From NCBI GenBank assembly GCA_040437565.1, contig JBDOQK010000003.1, forward strand, positions 620,001 through 684,000: DNA of 64,000 nt, read 5' to 3'. The translations under genes were made by a program, and so were the position numbers. Below are positions 35,150-45,640 of the stretch, piece after piece. This stretch comes from Albugo candida. Lineage: Eukaryota. Positions within the stretch are counted from its first letter, which is position 1. Each line of letters begins with the position of its first letter. The notes beneath the pieces are model-generated. The model did not search any database and was not told the DNA's origin. It was given only the letters and a program-made list of their open reading frames with translations.

Positions 35150-36557
35150 CTAAGGAGACTTTACAGTTCGTTCGACTGCTGCCCTTGCCATATTCTTTGC
35201 GCGTAAACGAAGAGATTTTTTCCGCGGCATGGCGTCTAATATTGCTTTTCGGTTCGCTAACTCAACTTGCTTCGCGTGAACTTTATCCTCCGCTTCGTAT
35301 TGTTCTATGATAACCCTCATATGCTCTATCAGATCCTGCTCTCCTCGAGCCTTACGGCCACGCATATGTTCTAGCTTCTTTAACATTTCTCTGAATGAGT
35401 GTTCTCCCCTGGCCCAAAGATCCCACGCTTCCCCGTTTGATTCAAGACGGTAGATACGCCGGTCATGGTAAAATTCGGTGAAAAAGTAGTAAGCATTTCC
35501 AACACGATCGAATCCTAATGGTTCGATTCTTAGATCGTCTTCTTCCATTTGCTGCAAATAATTTCTACGCGTTATCAATAAGCGATACGTCAATACAATT
35601 GCTACCGTGACTTACATATTTTTCGTATCATTTACTATTGCCTCGCATAGATTATACAATACTTTGCAACGCATCTCAATGGTCAAATCGGCGAAGGATG
35701 CATCCTACCACAATTCAAAGCTTAGAGATTCCATGTTGTATGATGCGATCAAAGTGGCCAGAATACTAACTTTGAATGGACATTGAGCGCCCAGATACGA
35801 TAGTGTACATTTGTGAGGGAAAAAGCTACTGTCACTATTTTTCTCGGCTTGTTCTGATGTTCTGGAAGCAGGACTGGCATTGGGATCCACAAACTGCGTG
35901 TGCCAATCATGATACTTTCGTTTATATCGCTCAGCCAGATGCCGACTCCAAAACTCGTACCGTAACTTGACTCCACTTTCAAAAGAAATGGCTTTCGTGC
36001 CTTTCGATTCTGTAGCCAATAATGTTGTGATGATATTATCGAGTAAAGTCGAGTTGGTTGGCTTCATAAGGGCTATTTCGTAATCCAAAAGACGCGCTGA
36101 GAATGGAAGCTTCAAAGGATCCTGTAATAGCCATAAAATATGACAAATAGCCGGTAATTCCCACATTTTTCGAAGTTTATTAAGATCTTCAGCATCTAGA
36201 TACGCTCAATTTGAAAAAGGCCGAAAAGTGCTGAATGCATTATCACTTACTAAACTCGTGGCCCCTATCTTCTTCAATTTCTTCATTGACAAACGGAGCA
36301 CTCAACGGTATATTATCATGCTCACGCTGTAACATCATTTTTGTTTTTTTCTCTTGAGTTTTGCTTGGTTTTCGAACACTTGCTTTGCTTTTCTTGCTAC
36401 TACTGCGTTTTATGCCGCTATGTTTCAGCTTCACGGGCACTGTTTGAGTTGTGATGTCATTGAGTGCAGACATAGACTTTGATGAGCCTTCTTTTTTGCT
36501 ATTCCCTATTTTGATGATTTTAGGCTTGTCGGCACACATCGCGTTGACTGTTGTCAT
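35150..36557 (-). CDS. DDT/WHIM/WSD-like chromatin-associated protein (RSF1-like N-terminal module)
   Basis: MWELPAICHILWLL (DDT-like), LRIEPLGFDRVGNAYYFF (WHIM3/WSD-like), Lys-rich N-terminus; several introns; 3' end uncertain. Confidence 0.65.
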
Positions 36558-37038
36558 ATCCACTCGAGTTTTTGTGAGTCTCTGTTAAAATTGAGCTTTA
36601 TATAAAATCGAACAATTCAGTCGTCAACAAATAATGATGAATTCCCGTTGGAAATTCACGGTCAAAATACACCAACAATGTAATTACACGCCGTCCGTTT
36701 ACCCGAATGAGTTTGACTGAAATTATGTCATCAGTGTTATTTTAGGCAAACGCGCTTTTGTCCCATGGAAACGTCAAAGCAACTTCAACAAGGATACTCG
36801 ACTAATATTGCAGCATTGATGTGTCTATATGCACAGGCCATGTGGCAGGCCATATTGATTGACGATGCAACACCGTTGCTATTTATAATTACTGACAGCA
36901 CAAACAAGTGACCAAACGTGATCTCACACGCCATGTTGCCGATAAATCGATCTTACTGTTCCCGACGTAACGACTAAAGACTGATCTAATGTGTGTACAT
37001 ATTTGACGTATAGGTCGACTTAATAAAGCGGTTAAGCC

Positions 37039-38478
37039 TTAGCTGAGCACAAGCACTTCCTGACAATACATTAACTGAAACGAGAATGAGACCAATTCAA
37101 TCATCAAATCAATGAGGACAGAATTACGTACCCATAGCAGTTCTCTTTTCTCTGGAGTTGGTAGCAAGCGTACAAGTTTTGGCAATAATTGCATTTGAAG
37201 CGACCTTGTACACATAGAAGACAAGTAGCTGTAATAAGAGTCCAACGTCATTGCGTCTTGACCAAATAAGCGGCAATTCTCTTTGAAAGTGTCCACATTG
37301 GCATGGGGACACTGCACCTTGATGAATTGGATCACCTCACCGTAAACTTGCTTCACTTCGCCTCCTATTGCCGGTGAAGGAATGGGAGGAAAGGGCTTTT
37401 TCGGAACAGTTGATGCTTGATGTAGAGGCTTCTGATTGGAAGGATGCGATACAGTAGTTGCTGAGTGTGGGTTTCCATTACTACTAATACTCTGTTTTGG
37501 ATGACAGGATACTCCATAACCAATTGAGACCTGACTGGATTTCCTTTGCTCGAATTCTGCATAGAGCTCTTTTTCGGATTTGTAATGTGACAATCGTAGG
37601 ATTCTTGGATCATTTTCAAGCGGAGGTGCTGTTCCGCATGAAGATGATCGGCTGAGATTATGTTGATTCATCGACAATGAGCGAGTTGGGATGGTCTCAC
37701 GTGCGTCCGGATACACAACGTCAGCTGGTCCCGCTGTGATAGCTGGGACGTGACTCTACACGTAAACGAAATCAGCGTCACGTAATAAAGTTTGGTACAA
37801 AGCAAGTGCTTATACCATATTGGATGTACGACTACTTAGTACTTTATGAATAGCTTCGTACAGCTGATCACAGGATCCTGGTGGAGGTTGAACGTGACCA
37901 CTCAATATCTCACCTGGAGTGACTTTACGACCATAGAAACGGTGATTCATGTCTCCACGTACCATAATGGTGGAGCCGTGAAGACCCACTCCAGCAAACA
38001 AACCTTTGGCATGGCTATACGAATAATTCCCACTCACTCCAGCACCTCCTGCATTGACGCTAGCTCCAGCACTTCTACCAACTGGCCCAATTGCAATATC
38101 CAATCCTGCACCAAGAGAGACTTGTGTACCCTTTTTGAAAGTTCGCAATGCAGACGGCGACCCAAGTACGATCATGAAATCAATGATTTCGCCACCAATC
38201 TCAGCTCCAAATCCAACGCCAGCCGTACCGATTCCAGAAGGTGGAGACCACGATCCATCAGGTAATCGGCATAACACTAATCCTGTACCAAGTTTTGCAC
38301 TCCATATGAAGCCAGCTTTTACTACGGTCAAAAATGCGATACCAGCGCAATTCCGAAGCATTTCGATGGGGATTGCATTATCACTATCAATGGTAGAATG
38401 GAATAAGGATTTGACAATGTTGGAAGCTTTTTTTATCTCCTTCTCCATAGAGGAGTGGAACGGCGCGTTTAGAGGCAT
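37039..38478 (-). CDS. Ysc84/SYLF (SH3YL1-like) protein with a C-terminal helical domain
   Basis: GIAFLTVVKAGFIWSAKLGTGLVLCRLPDGSWSPPS, DFMIVL, YSYSHAKGLFAGVGLHG, NHRFYG; 2 introns. Confidence 0.9.
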
Positions 38479-38743
38479 CACGAAAGCTTCTTTCAAACTG
38501 TTCCGAATAACCCGTATGATATAATATCGTGACCTANNNNNNNNNNNNNNNNNNNNNNNNNNNNNNNNNNNNNNNNNNNNNNNNNNNNNNNNNNNNNNNN
38601 NNNNNNNNNNNNNNNNNNNNNNNNNNNNNNNNNNNNATAATATCGTGACCTAATGTAATACTAGAGGTAGTCGAATTGTTCGGTTGGGCCGACCCATTTA
38701 CCCGAGAATTCGAATCCACATATTGAGGGAGAAAAGTTCCAAA

Positions 38744-40096
38744 ATGGGGTTACTTGATATCGTTCCGACAGGTATTCTGACGGGAGATGACGTCATGAAA
38801 GTGTACCGATACGCGCAAGAGCACAATTTCGCTATCCCTGCTGTTAACGTAACATCTACGAGCACAGCGAACGCCGCGTTACAGGCAGCAAGAGACATTG
38901 GATCTCCTATTGTGATTCAGGTCTCTAATGGTGGAGCCGCCTTTTTCGCAGGAAAAGGGATCGAAAATGTCAATCAAAAAGCTTCGGTTATCGGTGCAGT
39001 GGCATGTGCACAACACGTAAAGCTGCTTGCACAATACTACAACGTTCCTGTGATAATGCACTCTGATCATTGCGCTAAGAAGCTTCTGCCTTGGTTTGAT
39101 GGGATGCTAAAGGCCGATGAAGAACACTTTAAAATCCATAATGTACCATTATTCAGCTCGCATATGTTGGACTTGTCGGAGGAACCGCTAGATGAAAACG
39201 TTGCTACTTGCAAGCAGTATCTTGAACGAATGGCGAAAATTGAACTTGTTCTGGAGATTGAGCTCGGTATCACTGGTGGTGAAGAAGATGGAGTGGACAA
39301 CACTGAAGTGGATAATTCTTCTTTGTATTCTCAACCATCTGATATTTTGCATGCTTACAATGAACTCTCGCCGGTTTCTCCATGTTTTATGATTGCTGCG
39401 GCATTTGGCAATGTTCACGGTGTTTACAAACCCGGCAATGTCAAACTTCAGCCAAACTTGCTTGGCGACTTTCAAAAACATGTGCAAGAAAAAGTTGCGA
39501 AGGACCAAAAGCACCCAGTCTTGTTTGTCTTTCACGGGGGCTCTGGTTCATCTCACGAAGATATTCAGACTGCTGTCAATCATGGAGTTGTGAAAATGAA
39601 CATTGATACTGACACGCAATGGGCGTATTGGAAAGGTATACTCAATTTTTACAATGACAAAAAGGATTATCTNNNNNNNNNNNNNNNNNNNNNNNNNNNN
39701 NNNNNNNNNNNNNNNNNNNNNNNNNNNNNNNNNNNNNNNNNNNNNNNNNNNNNNNNNNNNNNNNNNNNNNNNGCGAAGGACCAAAAGCACCCAGTCTTGT
39801 TTGTCTTTCACGGGGGCTCTGGTTCATCTCACGAAGATATTCAGACTGCTGTCAATCATGGAGTTGTGAAAATGAACATTGATACTGACACGCAATGGGC
39901 GTATTGGAAAGGTATACTCAATTTTTACAATGACAAAAAGGATTATCTTCAAGGACAAATTGGCAATCCTAAGGGCGACAGCGCTCCTAACAAACAATTC
40001 TACGATCCTCGAGTGTGGCTTCGCAAAGCCGAAGAAGAAATGATGGAGCGCTTGAAAGGGGCTTACCGTGATTTGAATTGCGTGAATGTGCTGTAA
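38744..40096 (+). CDS. FBA1: Fructose-bisphosphate aldolase class II (type A); contains a gap plus a 176-bp artefactual duplication
   Basis: FAIPAVNVT, HSDHCAKKLLPWFDG, FSSHMLDLSEE, ELGITGGEEDGV, FGNVHGVYKPGNV, FHGGSGS, KMNIDTDTQW, YDPRVW. Confidence 0.97.
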   Translation: MGLLDIVPTGILTGDDVMKVYRYAQEHNFAIPAVNVTSTSTANAALQAARDIGSPIVIQVSNGGAAFFAGKGIENVNQKASVIGAVACAQHVKLLAQYYNVPVIMHSDHCAKKLLPWFDGMLKADEEHFKIHNVPLFSSHMLDLSEEPLDENVATCKQYLERMAKIELVLEIELGITGGEEDGVDNTEVDNSSLYSQPSDILHAYNELSPVSPCFMIAAAFGNVHGVYKPGNVKLQPNLLGDFQKHVQEKVAKDQKHPVLFVFHGGSGSSHEDIQTAVNHGVVKMNIDTDTQWAYWKGILNFYNDKKDYXXXXXXXXXXXXXXXXXXXXXXXXXXXXXXXXXXAKDQKHPVLFVFHGGSGSSHEDIQTAVNHGVVKMNIDTDTQWAYWKGILNFYNDKKDYLQGQIGNPKGDSAPNKQFYDPRVWLRKAEEEMMERLKGAYRDLNCVNVL

Positions 40097-41340
40097 TTAT
40101 GTGTAAATCGCTACTATAATCCACGCAAGGCATCTAACAATGGAATTTTTGTCCAAATCAATTTTATTGTATATGCTATCACTTGGTTGTACAGTCTTCC
40201 AGTATGCGTCGCTCCTCTGAACATTCGACATATCGATTGTTTGCTGCGGTTCAAATACGGCGATAGCACCCTGAAAACTTAAGGGATTTTTTGAAACATC
40301 GTAGACGCACTGAAGCACAAAGTTTTTTCAACTCGAGTGCCATCGTAGACGAGAAAATAGTAGCTGTTTTCGTAAGGATACCATCGTCGTCATCACAAGT
40401 AGCTGATGTCACTCGAGCGCAATTAACGCTGTCATTGGGCTCGCAATGAGATTTACTGATGCTTCCAAAAGTCACGAGAAGGGATATCGATAAGCTTTGT
40501 TAGATCACTTCACTTATTATAGCGTGGAGACCTTGAACAAAAATTACAGCTTACTTAGCTTTGTTTACTGATGTAAATAAACATGAACCAGCTCGATCAT
40601 GTATGGAGTGGTAATTTTGGCGTCAACGTCATTCTGGCGAACGAGGCTCTGCTCGCGCCAACGAAAACGGCACACTCGGTAACATTCTTCTGTCAAAACT
40701 TCTTTTGCGCGAAATCGTAAGAAGTCGGGGCATGTTCTCTTTCACAAGGGAAGTAGACAAGGAAGAGGTGTCCAGTCTTTCGTGGTCAACCATTTCGAGA
40801 AAATACCTGGTAATGAATTGATCGCATCTGCTGCCAATGGTAGCACGACTACATTGCGTTTACGGAACCAATATCCAAGATCTGTAGTAATGTGTAGAAG
40901 CCATGTCAGGACTTTTGTCATGATGGAGGCGCTAAAAATATCCCGTCATCAAGCAAACGATTACTGTCTCTTCCGTGTCGAAAGCTGCTGTGAGTATCCC
41001 CTGAATCCCTAAGATAAAAGCCTAAAGCTGCTTACCATGCATTTAAGCAAAATAGTTTTCATTTCCAAACCTTTTCTTGCCCTTTAGCTCTTCCTCGCTA
41101 CTCCCAAGATTACTTTGTGTGCCAAGCTTCCACTAACGCATCTCACATACAAAACAAATCAATTCGAATGTCTTCGCTTCTTGGACAAAACATCAACGCA
41201 TCGAACTCCGCCTTGTGATGCTTCATAATGCAACAGAAACGAAAATTATGCTTCCATAGTACTCATCTACGATCCCGTCCGTACTGTTACTGACCGCGCC
41301 TTGACTGCGATGACAGAAAAAAGTATACTTGGATGTGCCC
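40097..41340 (-). pseudogene. Decayed ORF remnants, possibly a Cys-containing lineage-specific or secreted protein
   Basis: Protein-like fragments in shifting frames (WYPYENSYYFLVYDGTRVEKTLC / LQCVYDVSKNP..WKTVQPSDSIYNKIDL) broken by stops. Confidence 0.3.
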
Positions 41341-42179
41341 CTGGTATGTTATGATGTTATGATGTTGACATATTGAGGATGCTATCGCACAACTTTGAAG
41401 AAACTTTGCAGCAATTGCACCAAGGAGATAATGTTATGCAGATCTGCACACACTTGGTGCATCACCCGCTATTGAATCATGTATCCAATTTTTTCATATT
41501 CTCATAGGGGACATCTTAAGGCTTTGTGTGCTTGGGTATAACTTGTTTGAATTCGTGGTAGCATCGAAAACTCATGTCGAGCGCTATGAAGTTACAACAT
41601 CACAACCTGAACTTCGGTATATAACAATGGCCTCTCACTTCCACCGTCTACTTAGTAGCTGTCCATTTAAAACGGCCTTTTCCTTGAAAAAGAATTGGGA
41701 AATTACCTGCTAGCACGTGGCTGAAGCCATTTAATCATTTGCTCTAGATGAAAATGAGAGGGTTCCGACCCAGCTCAGTTGAAGGTGTCTATATTACTAG
41801 AATTNNNNNNNNNNNNNNNNNNNNNNNNNNNNNNNNNNNNNNNNNNNNNNNNNNNNNNNNNNNNNNNNNNNNNNNNNNNNNNNNNNNNNNNNNNNNNNNN
41901 NNNNGAGAAGTGGCCCTTATAGCTCAGTTGAAGGTGTCTATATTACTAGAATTAGACTAACTGACTTCTCAAGTTGCCCAGGCTATCTTAATAACATATA
42001 TACATATAAAAACGTTTTGTGAAAGTACCTGTGAGAGATGATAATATGTCTTCTCGTTGATAATCCCGTATTGCAGTAGCCTCAGCCCCTTAATACGAGA
42101 CTGTATCCAGCATGTGTATTGACTCGTATCGCTTTTTATAGATCAAAGCACCACTGCAAAACAGTAACACGCATTCCTG

Positions 42180-42500
42180 CCTGTAAGCCAACAGCCACTG
42201 CTCGAACAAGATTGAATAAAAGCTCATGGCGATTTCTTCGTTCCTAAGATCCTGAATCAAGGCAGTAACGTGGGAGGACCACCGGAAGTAGACGATGTGT
42301 TTATTGACCAAAAGAATATGATATAGTGCATAATAAGAACTACAGAAAATGATGAAACAAGGCATACATGGAATGAACTGAGCGAGAAAGATACAGCAGC
42401 TTTTTGGCTATTTACAACAATTCTCGAAGTGGATGATATAGATCACGGAAACAGTGACTTTAACGAACCAAAAAGTACAAGGCAAGCAGAGCAAGCTTAA
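42180..42500 (+). pseudogene. Coding-like relic with two in-frame stops
   Basis: Single frame PVSQQPLLEQD*IKAHGDFFVPKILNQG..NMI*CIIRTTENDETRHTWNELSEKDTAAFWLF..EQA*. Confidence 0.3.
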
Positions 42501-42685
42501 AACTGGAAGCATTGAGCTGAAAGTTTTGATAAATTAGATTGATGTCATGAGTAGCTCTACCGTATTGACTGCGAGGTTTGTGGCACAAGAGCAAAATAGA
42601 TAAAAAAGGTGTCTTTTGTATGCGTTTTCAGATTATCGTACTGAAGTAGAATCGCTCATGCTCTTGTATGAAAATAGCAAATGCA

Positions 42686-43657
42686 CTTATGCAGAAGCTA
42701 TTCCTCTTTTTCTTTTGAAGTCAGGATCTGTAGTTGGATCCTTTCCTGTGACTCGTATGATTTCGGCTCTAGTCCATTCATAAATGACCCATTGAACCAG
42801 ATATTGTTCAAAATATTCGTATGTGTCTACGGACACGCGGAGAGAGTAAGTCAGTTAGATTAGTGTCGAAAGGGGATCTTTTACATTACGTTGCGTATGG
42901 TAAGTATTCCGTGCTATTTTATGATATAATCTTATTTGATCCCAGGCATATATCGCATTGCCAGTGGTAATATGATAATGATCCTGATACCCTTTATATG
43001 TTCGCAAACCGGGATGTTTTTGGGAATCATGTATTTGGGGAAACTCCTTTATCAAGGCGGCATTGATGGCAGAGTCATATTCGGAGAAAGTTTAAGTGGA
43101 TATGGAGGAAGGGCAGCTATCACTGATTGCTGTTCATTCGAGTCGAGAAATGCTAATCGGCCGATTAAAATTCTTCCAAGTGTGATACGAACCATCCTGA
43201 TAATTGATTCAGTTTGGGTAATCGAGAGTATATTCGAAAGTGAAAGCGATATGTTTGCTTTCCCGCAGGTGATTGCGTGTACATGCGATGGTATTCCANN
43301 NNNNNNNNNNNNNNNNNNNNNNNNNNNNNNNNNNNNNNNNNNNNNNNNNNNNNNNNNNNNNNNNNNNNNNNNNNNNNNNNNNNNNNNNNNNNNNNNNNAT
43401 TCTTCCAAGTGTGATACGAACCATCCTGATAATTGATTCAGTTTGGGTAATCGAGAGTATATTCGAAAGTGAAAGCGATATGTTTGCTTTCCCGCAGGTG
43501 ATTGCGTGTACATGCGATGGTATTCCACTTTAGACGATATAGAACCTGTTGAAGCAAATGCAGGAAACATGTGTAATGTAATTATCGAAGGAAAGGGTAA
43601 AGGCTGGAAAGTTGTACAGATTTACCTAGGTCACACAAAAGAGGGAATGGAGTGTAT
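42686..43657 (-). pseudogene. Intron-containing pseudogene lying immediately beside the LINE insertion
   Basis: After collapsing the gap overlap: VLYRLKWNT..YPN*INY..RLE*TAI..IST*TFSEYDSAINAALIKEFPQ..YHTQ|(GTAATG..GTAG)|HTYEYFEQYLVQWVIYEW..KRKRGIASA*; second intron-like GTAAAT..AACAG at ~43547-43625. Confidence 0.45.
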
Positions 43658-43671
43658 TGACTCTGTGCTAA

Positions 43672-45150
43672 ACTTCTCAATTTGCCTTTGCCGGCTGCTG
43701 CCCACCTCGCAAACGTGATACAAACAACAAACAACAAACAACAAGCAACTCTCAACCAAACCAACGTTTTTGACTACTATTCTCTCCAACAGAATGGTTT
43801 CTGTCGACATTTCGCATCTGCCCGTCGTTACGTCGTCGGACGAAGTCACAACTCGTGCACCTATAATGTTTCTTAGGATGCGGCTAACAGCCAATCAGAA
43901 TCCACGGAATCTAAAACGGTCCAATCAGATGTGACCATGACTGCTGAGCCAACCCCTAGTCCGCCTAAAGAGATTCCGTCCATCCCTATGGACATCAATG
44001 ACGCAGCGACGTCATCACCTCCTTTATCGGCAAAAAGACCGGTTCAAATCGATAACCGACCTACCTTGGCGGATATCTTGAAGGGTCGGGAGGAAATGCG
44101 CAAGGATAAAGCGGCCAAAAAAGCAACCTGGAAGGTTGAAATGCCGAAGCCTTTNNNNNNNNNNNNNNNNNNNNNNNNNNNNNNNNNNNNNNNNNNNNNN
44201 NNNNNNNNNNNNNNNNNNNNNNNNNNNNNNNNNNNNNNNNNNNNNNNNNNNNNNCTTTCCAAATATTCCTCGGAATCAACTCTTTCGAGTTGTTAGTATA
44301 GAAGAACCACCGGATAAGCCGCACCCAATGTTGCTGCACTTACCGGAGAGGGACCGGACAGCTGCTTCGACTTGGGTAAAGGATTTCTCAAAGGGTTTCC
44401 AACGTCTTCGTGGACGTTTATTACCAATCTACTCGGACATTCAGCTCCGACTTATACATTCAATTCTGGTTTATGAAGCAAGCTCATCCGGAAATCATCC
44501 TGTGCACACAGGAGCATTGTGGTGAGGTGGAAAATTATCAGCATCTGTTTTTCGACTGTAGTAGGACATACACGATTTGGGAAGAGCTATTACCATCATG
44601 GACAGCTTTCTTTTCAGCTCGACCTAAGTGGTCGCACATTGCGTGTCTACGATTTCCTCTCCTCCGTGAAACGTGGAAGCCATTCAGGGTGGTGTTGGAG
44701 GATCTTTGGTCTGCATTGGTTGCCATTGCGATCCACTCCATCTGGACGGATCGCAATCGACGACTATTCGATCAAGCATCTTCAACACCAACAGGACCAG
44801 CTATATCGGTGATCTATAGCACATTCAGCGCCCATATTCGGTTTTACCAACGGCAGTGCTATGATCCCACCCAGCTTGATCAGCTTCAGACGGTTTTGCT
44901 CGGCCTATTGCAATCGGGTTCAGCTAAACGATATTTCTCCAGTAGATCAACTCATTTCAAGATACGAAGGCGTGAGCGCTTTTAAGTCTGGTCTGAGTGT
45001 TCTAGTCTACTAACTGGTCCTTGCTAGCGCCAAGTTCACTTTTCTGTGACTTTGCAAGTCACATCTGCATGTATTTTGTGTTATTCATTAGAGTCTAGGC
45101 ATTTAGAGAAGTCATTTTCGTCTTATTCTGGTAATATAGACAACTTCAAC
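43672..45150 (+). mobile_element. Non-LTR retrotransposon (L1/Tx1-like LINE), interior collapsed into the N gap, with a 14-bp TSD
   Basis: TGACTCTGTGCTAA at 43658-43671 and 45151-45164. ORF1-like start MTAEPTPSPPKE... ORF2 C-terminal zf-RVT-like CTQEHCGEVENYQHLFFDC..IW and IHSIWTDRNRRLF. Frameshift near 44465. Confidence 0.85.
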
Positions 45151-45389
45151 TGACTCTGTGCTAATTTAAATGTACAAAAAGAATTGAATTTTACAATGAG
45201 GGACGAGCCAATTGGAAAGCCAAACATGATCCAAACCGAAAAATAAGAGTAGCCTCAATTGAGAATCGCAAACATGCCCCGCATGCTGGAATTATCTCAT
45301 ATTCCTTTATAATTTACCGGGTAACCTCCAACAAGTTCTCCTCACTTTTCTGATTTTATGCAACGCTGCTCTCTTACTTTACTACTAAA

Positions 45390-45640
45390 CCCCAATACAT
45401 GCTCCTTGGTCTTCTGATAAAATCCAACGATGTTCCTCATTTTCCCGGTAGACTCCAACACATTTTCCTTGGTCTTCTGATAAAATCCGGCGATGTTCCT
45501 CACTTTCCCGATAGACTCCAGCACATTCTCGTTGGTTTCTCATAAAATACAATGATGTTCCTCATTTTCCCGATAGACTCCAGCACATTTTCGATGGTTT
45601 TCTCATAAAATTCAACGCTTTTCCTGCTTTCCGGATAATC
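45390..45640 (-). repeat. ~4 imperfect 63-bp tandem repeats encoding a 21-aa unit (ENVLESIGKMRNIVGFYQKTK-like)
   Basis: TTGGTCTTCTGATAAAATCC recurs at 45406 and 45469; further degenerate units to ~45640. Confidence 0.85.

Noticed and set aside
39497..39948. Internal repeat in aldolase (470-aa ORF)
   Set aside because: Identical 176-bp overlap around the gap; collapsing it gives a normal-length class II FBA
41912..41990. tRNA-like start GGCCCTTATAGCTCAGTTG
   Set aside because: No GG D-loop completion, anticodon arm, TTC T-loop or acceptor-stem complement follows
43582..43764. Signal-peptide-like ORF MVWLRVACCLLFVVCITF
   Set aside because: Non-ATG start; the hydrophobicity comes from the antisense of the LINE 5' CAAACAA repeat, and the ORF crosses the insertion junction
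45390..45640. CRISPR-like regular repeats
   Set aside because: Whole 63-bp units repeat with no unique spacers; eukaryotic context; no cas genes
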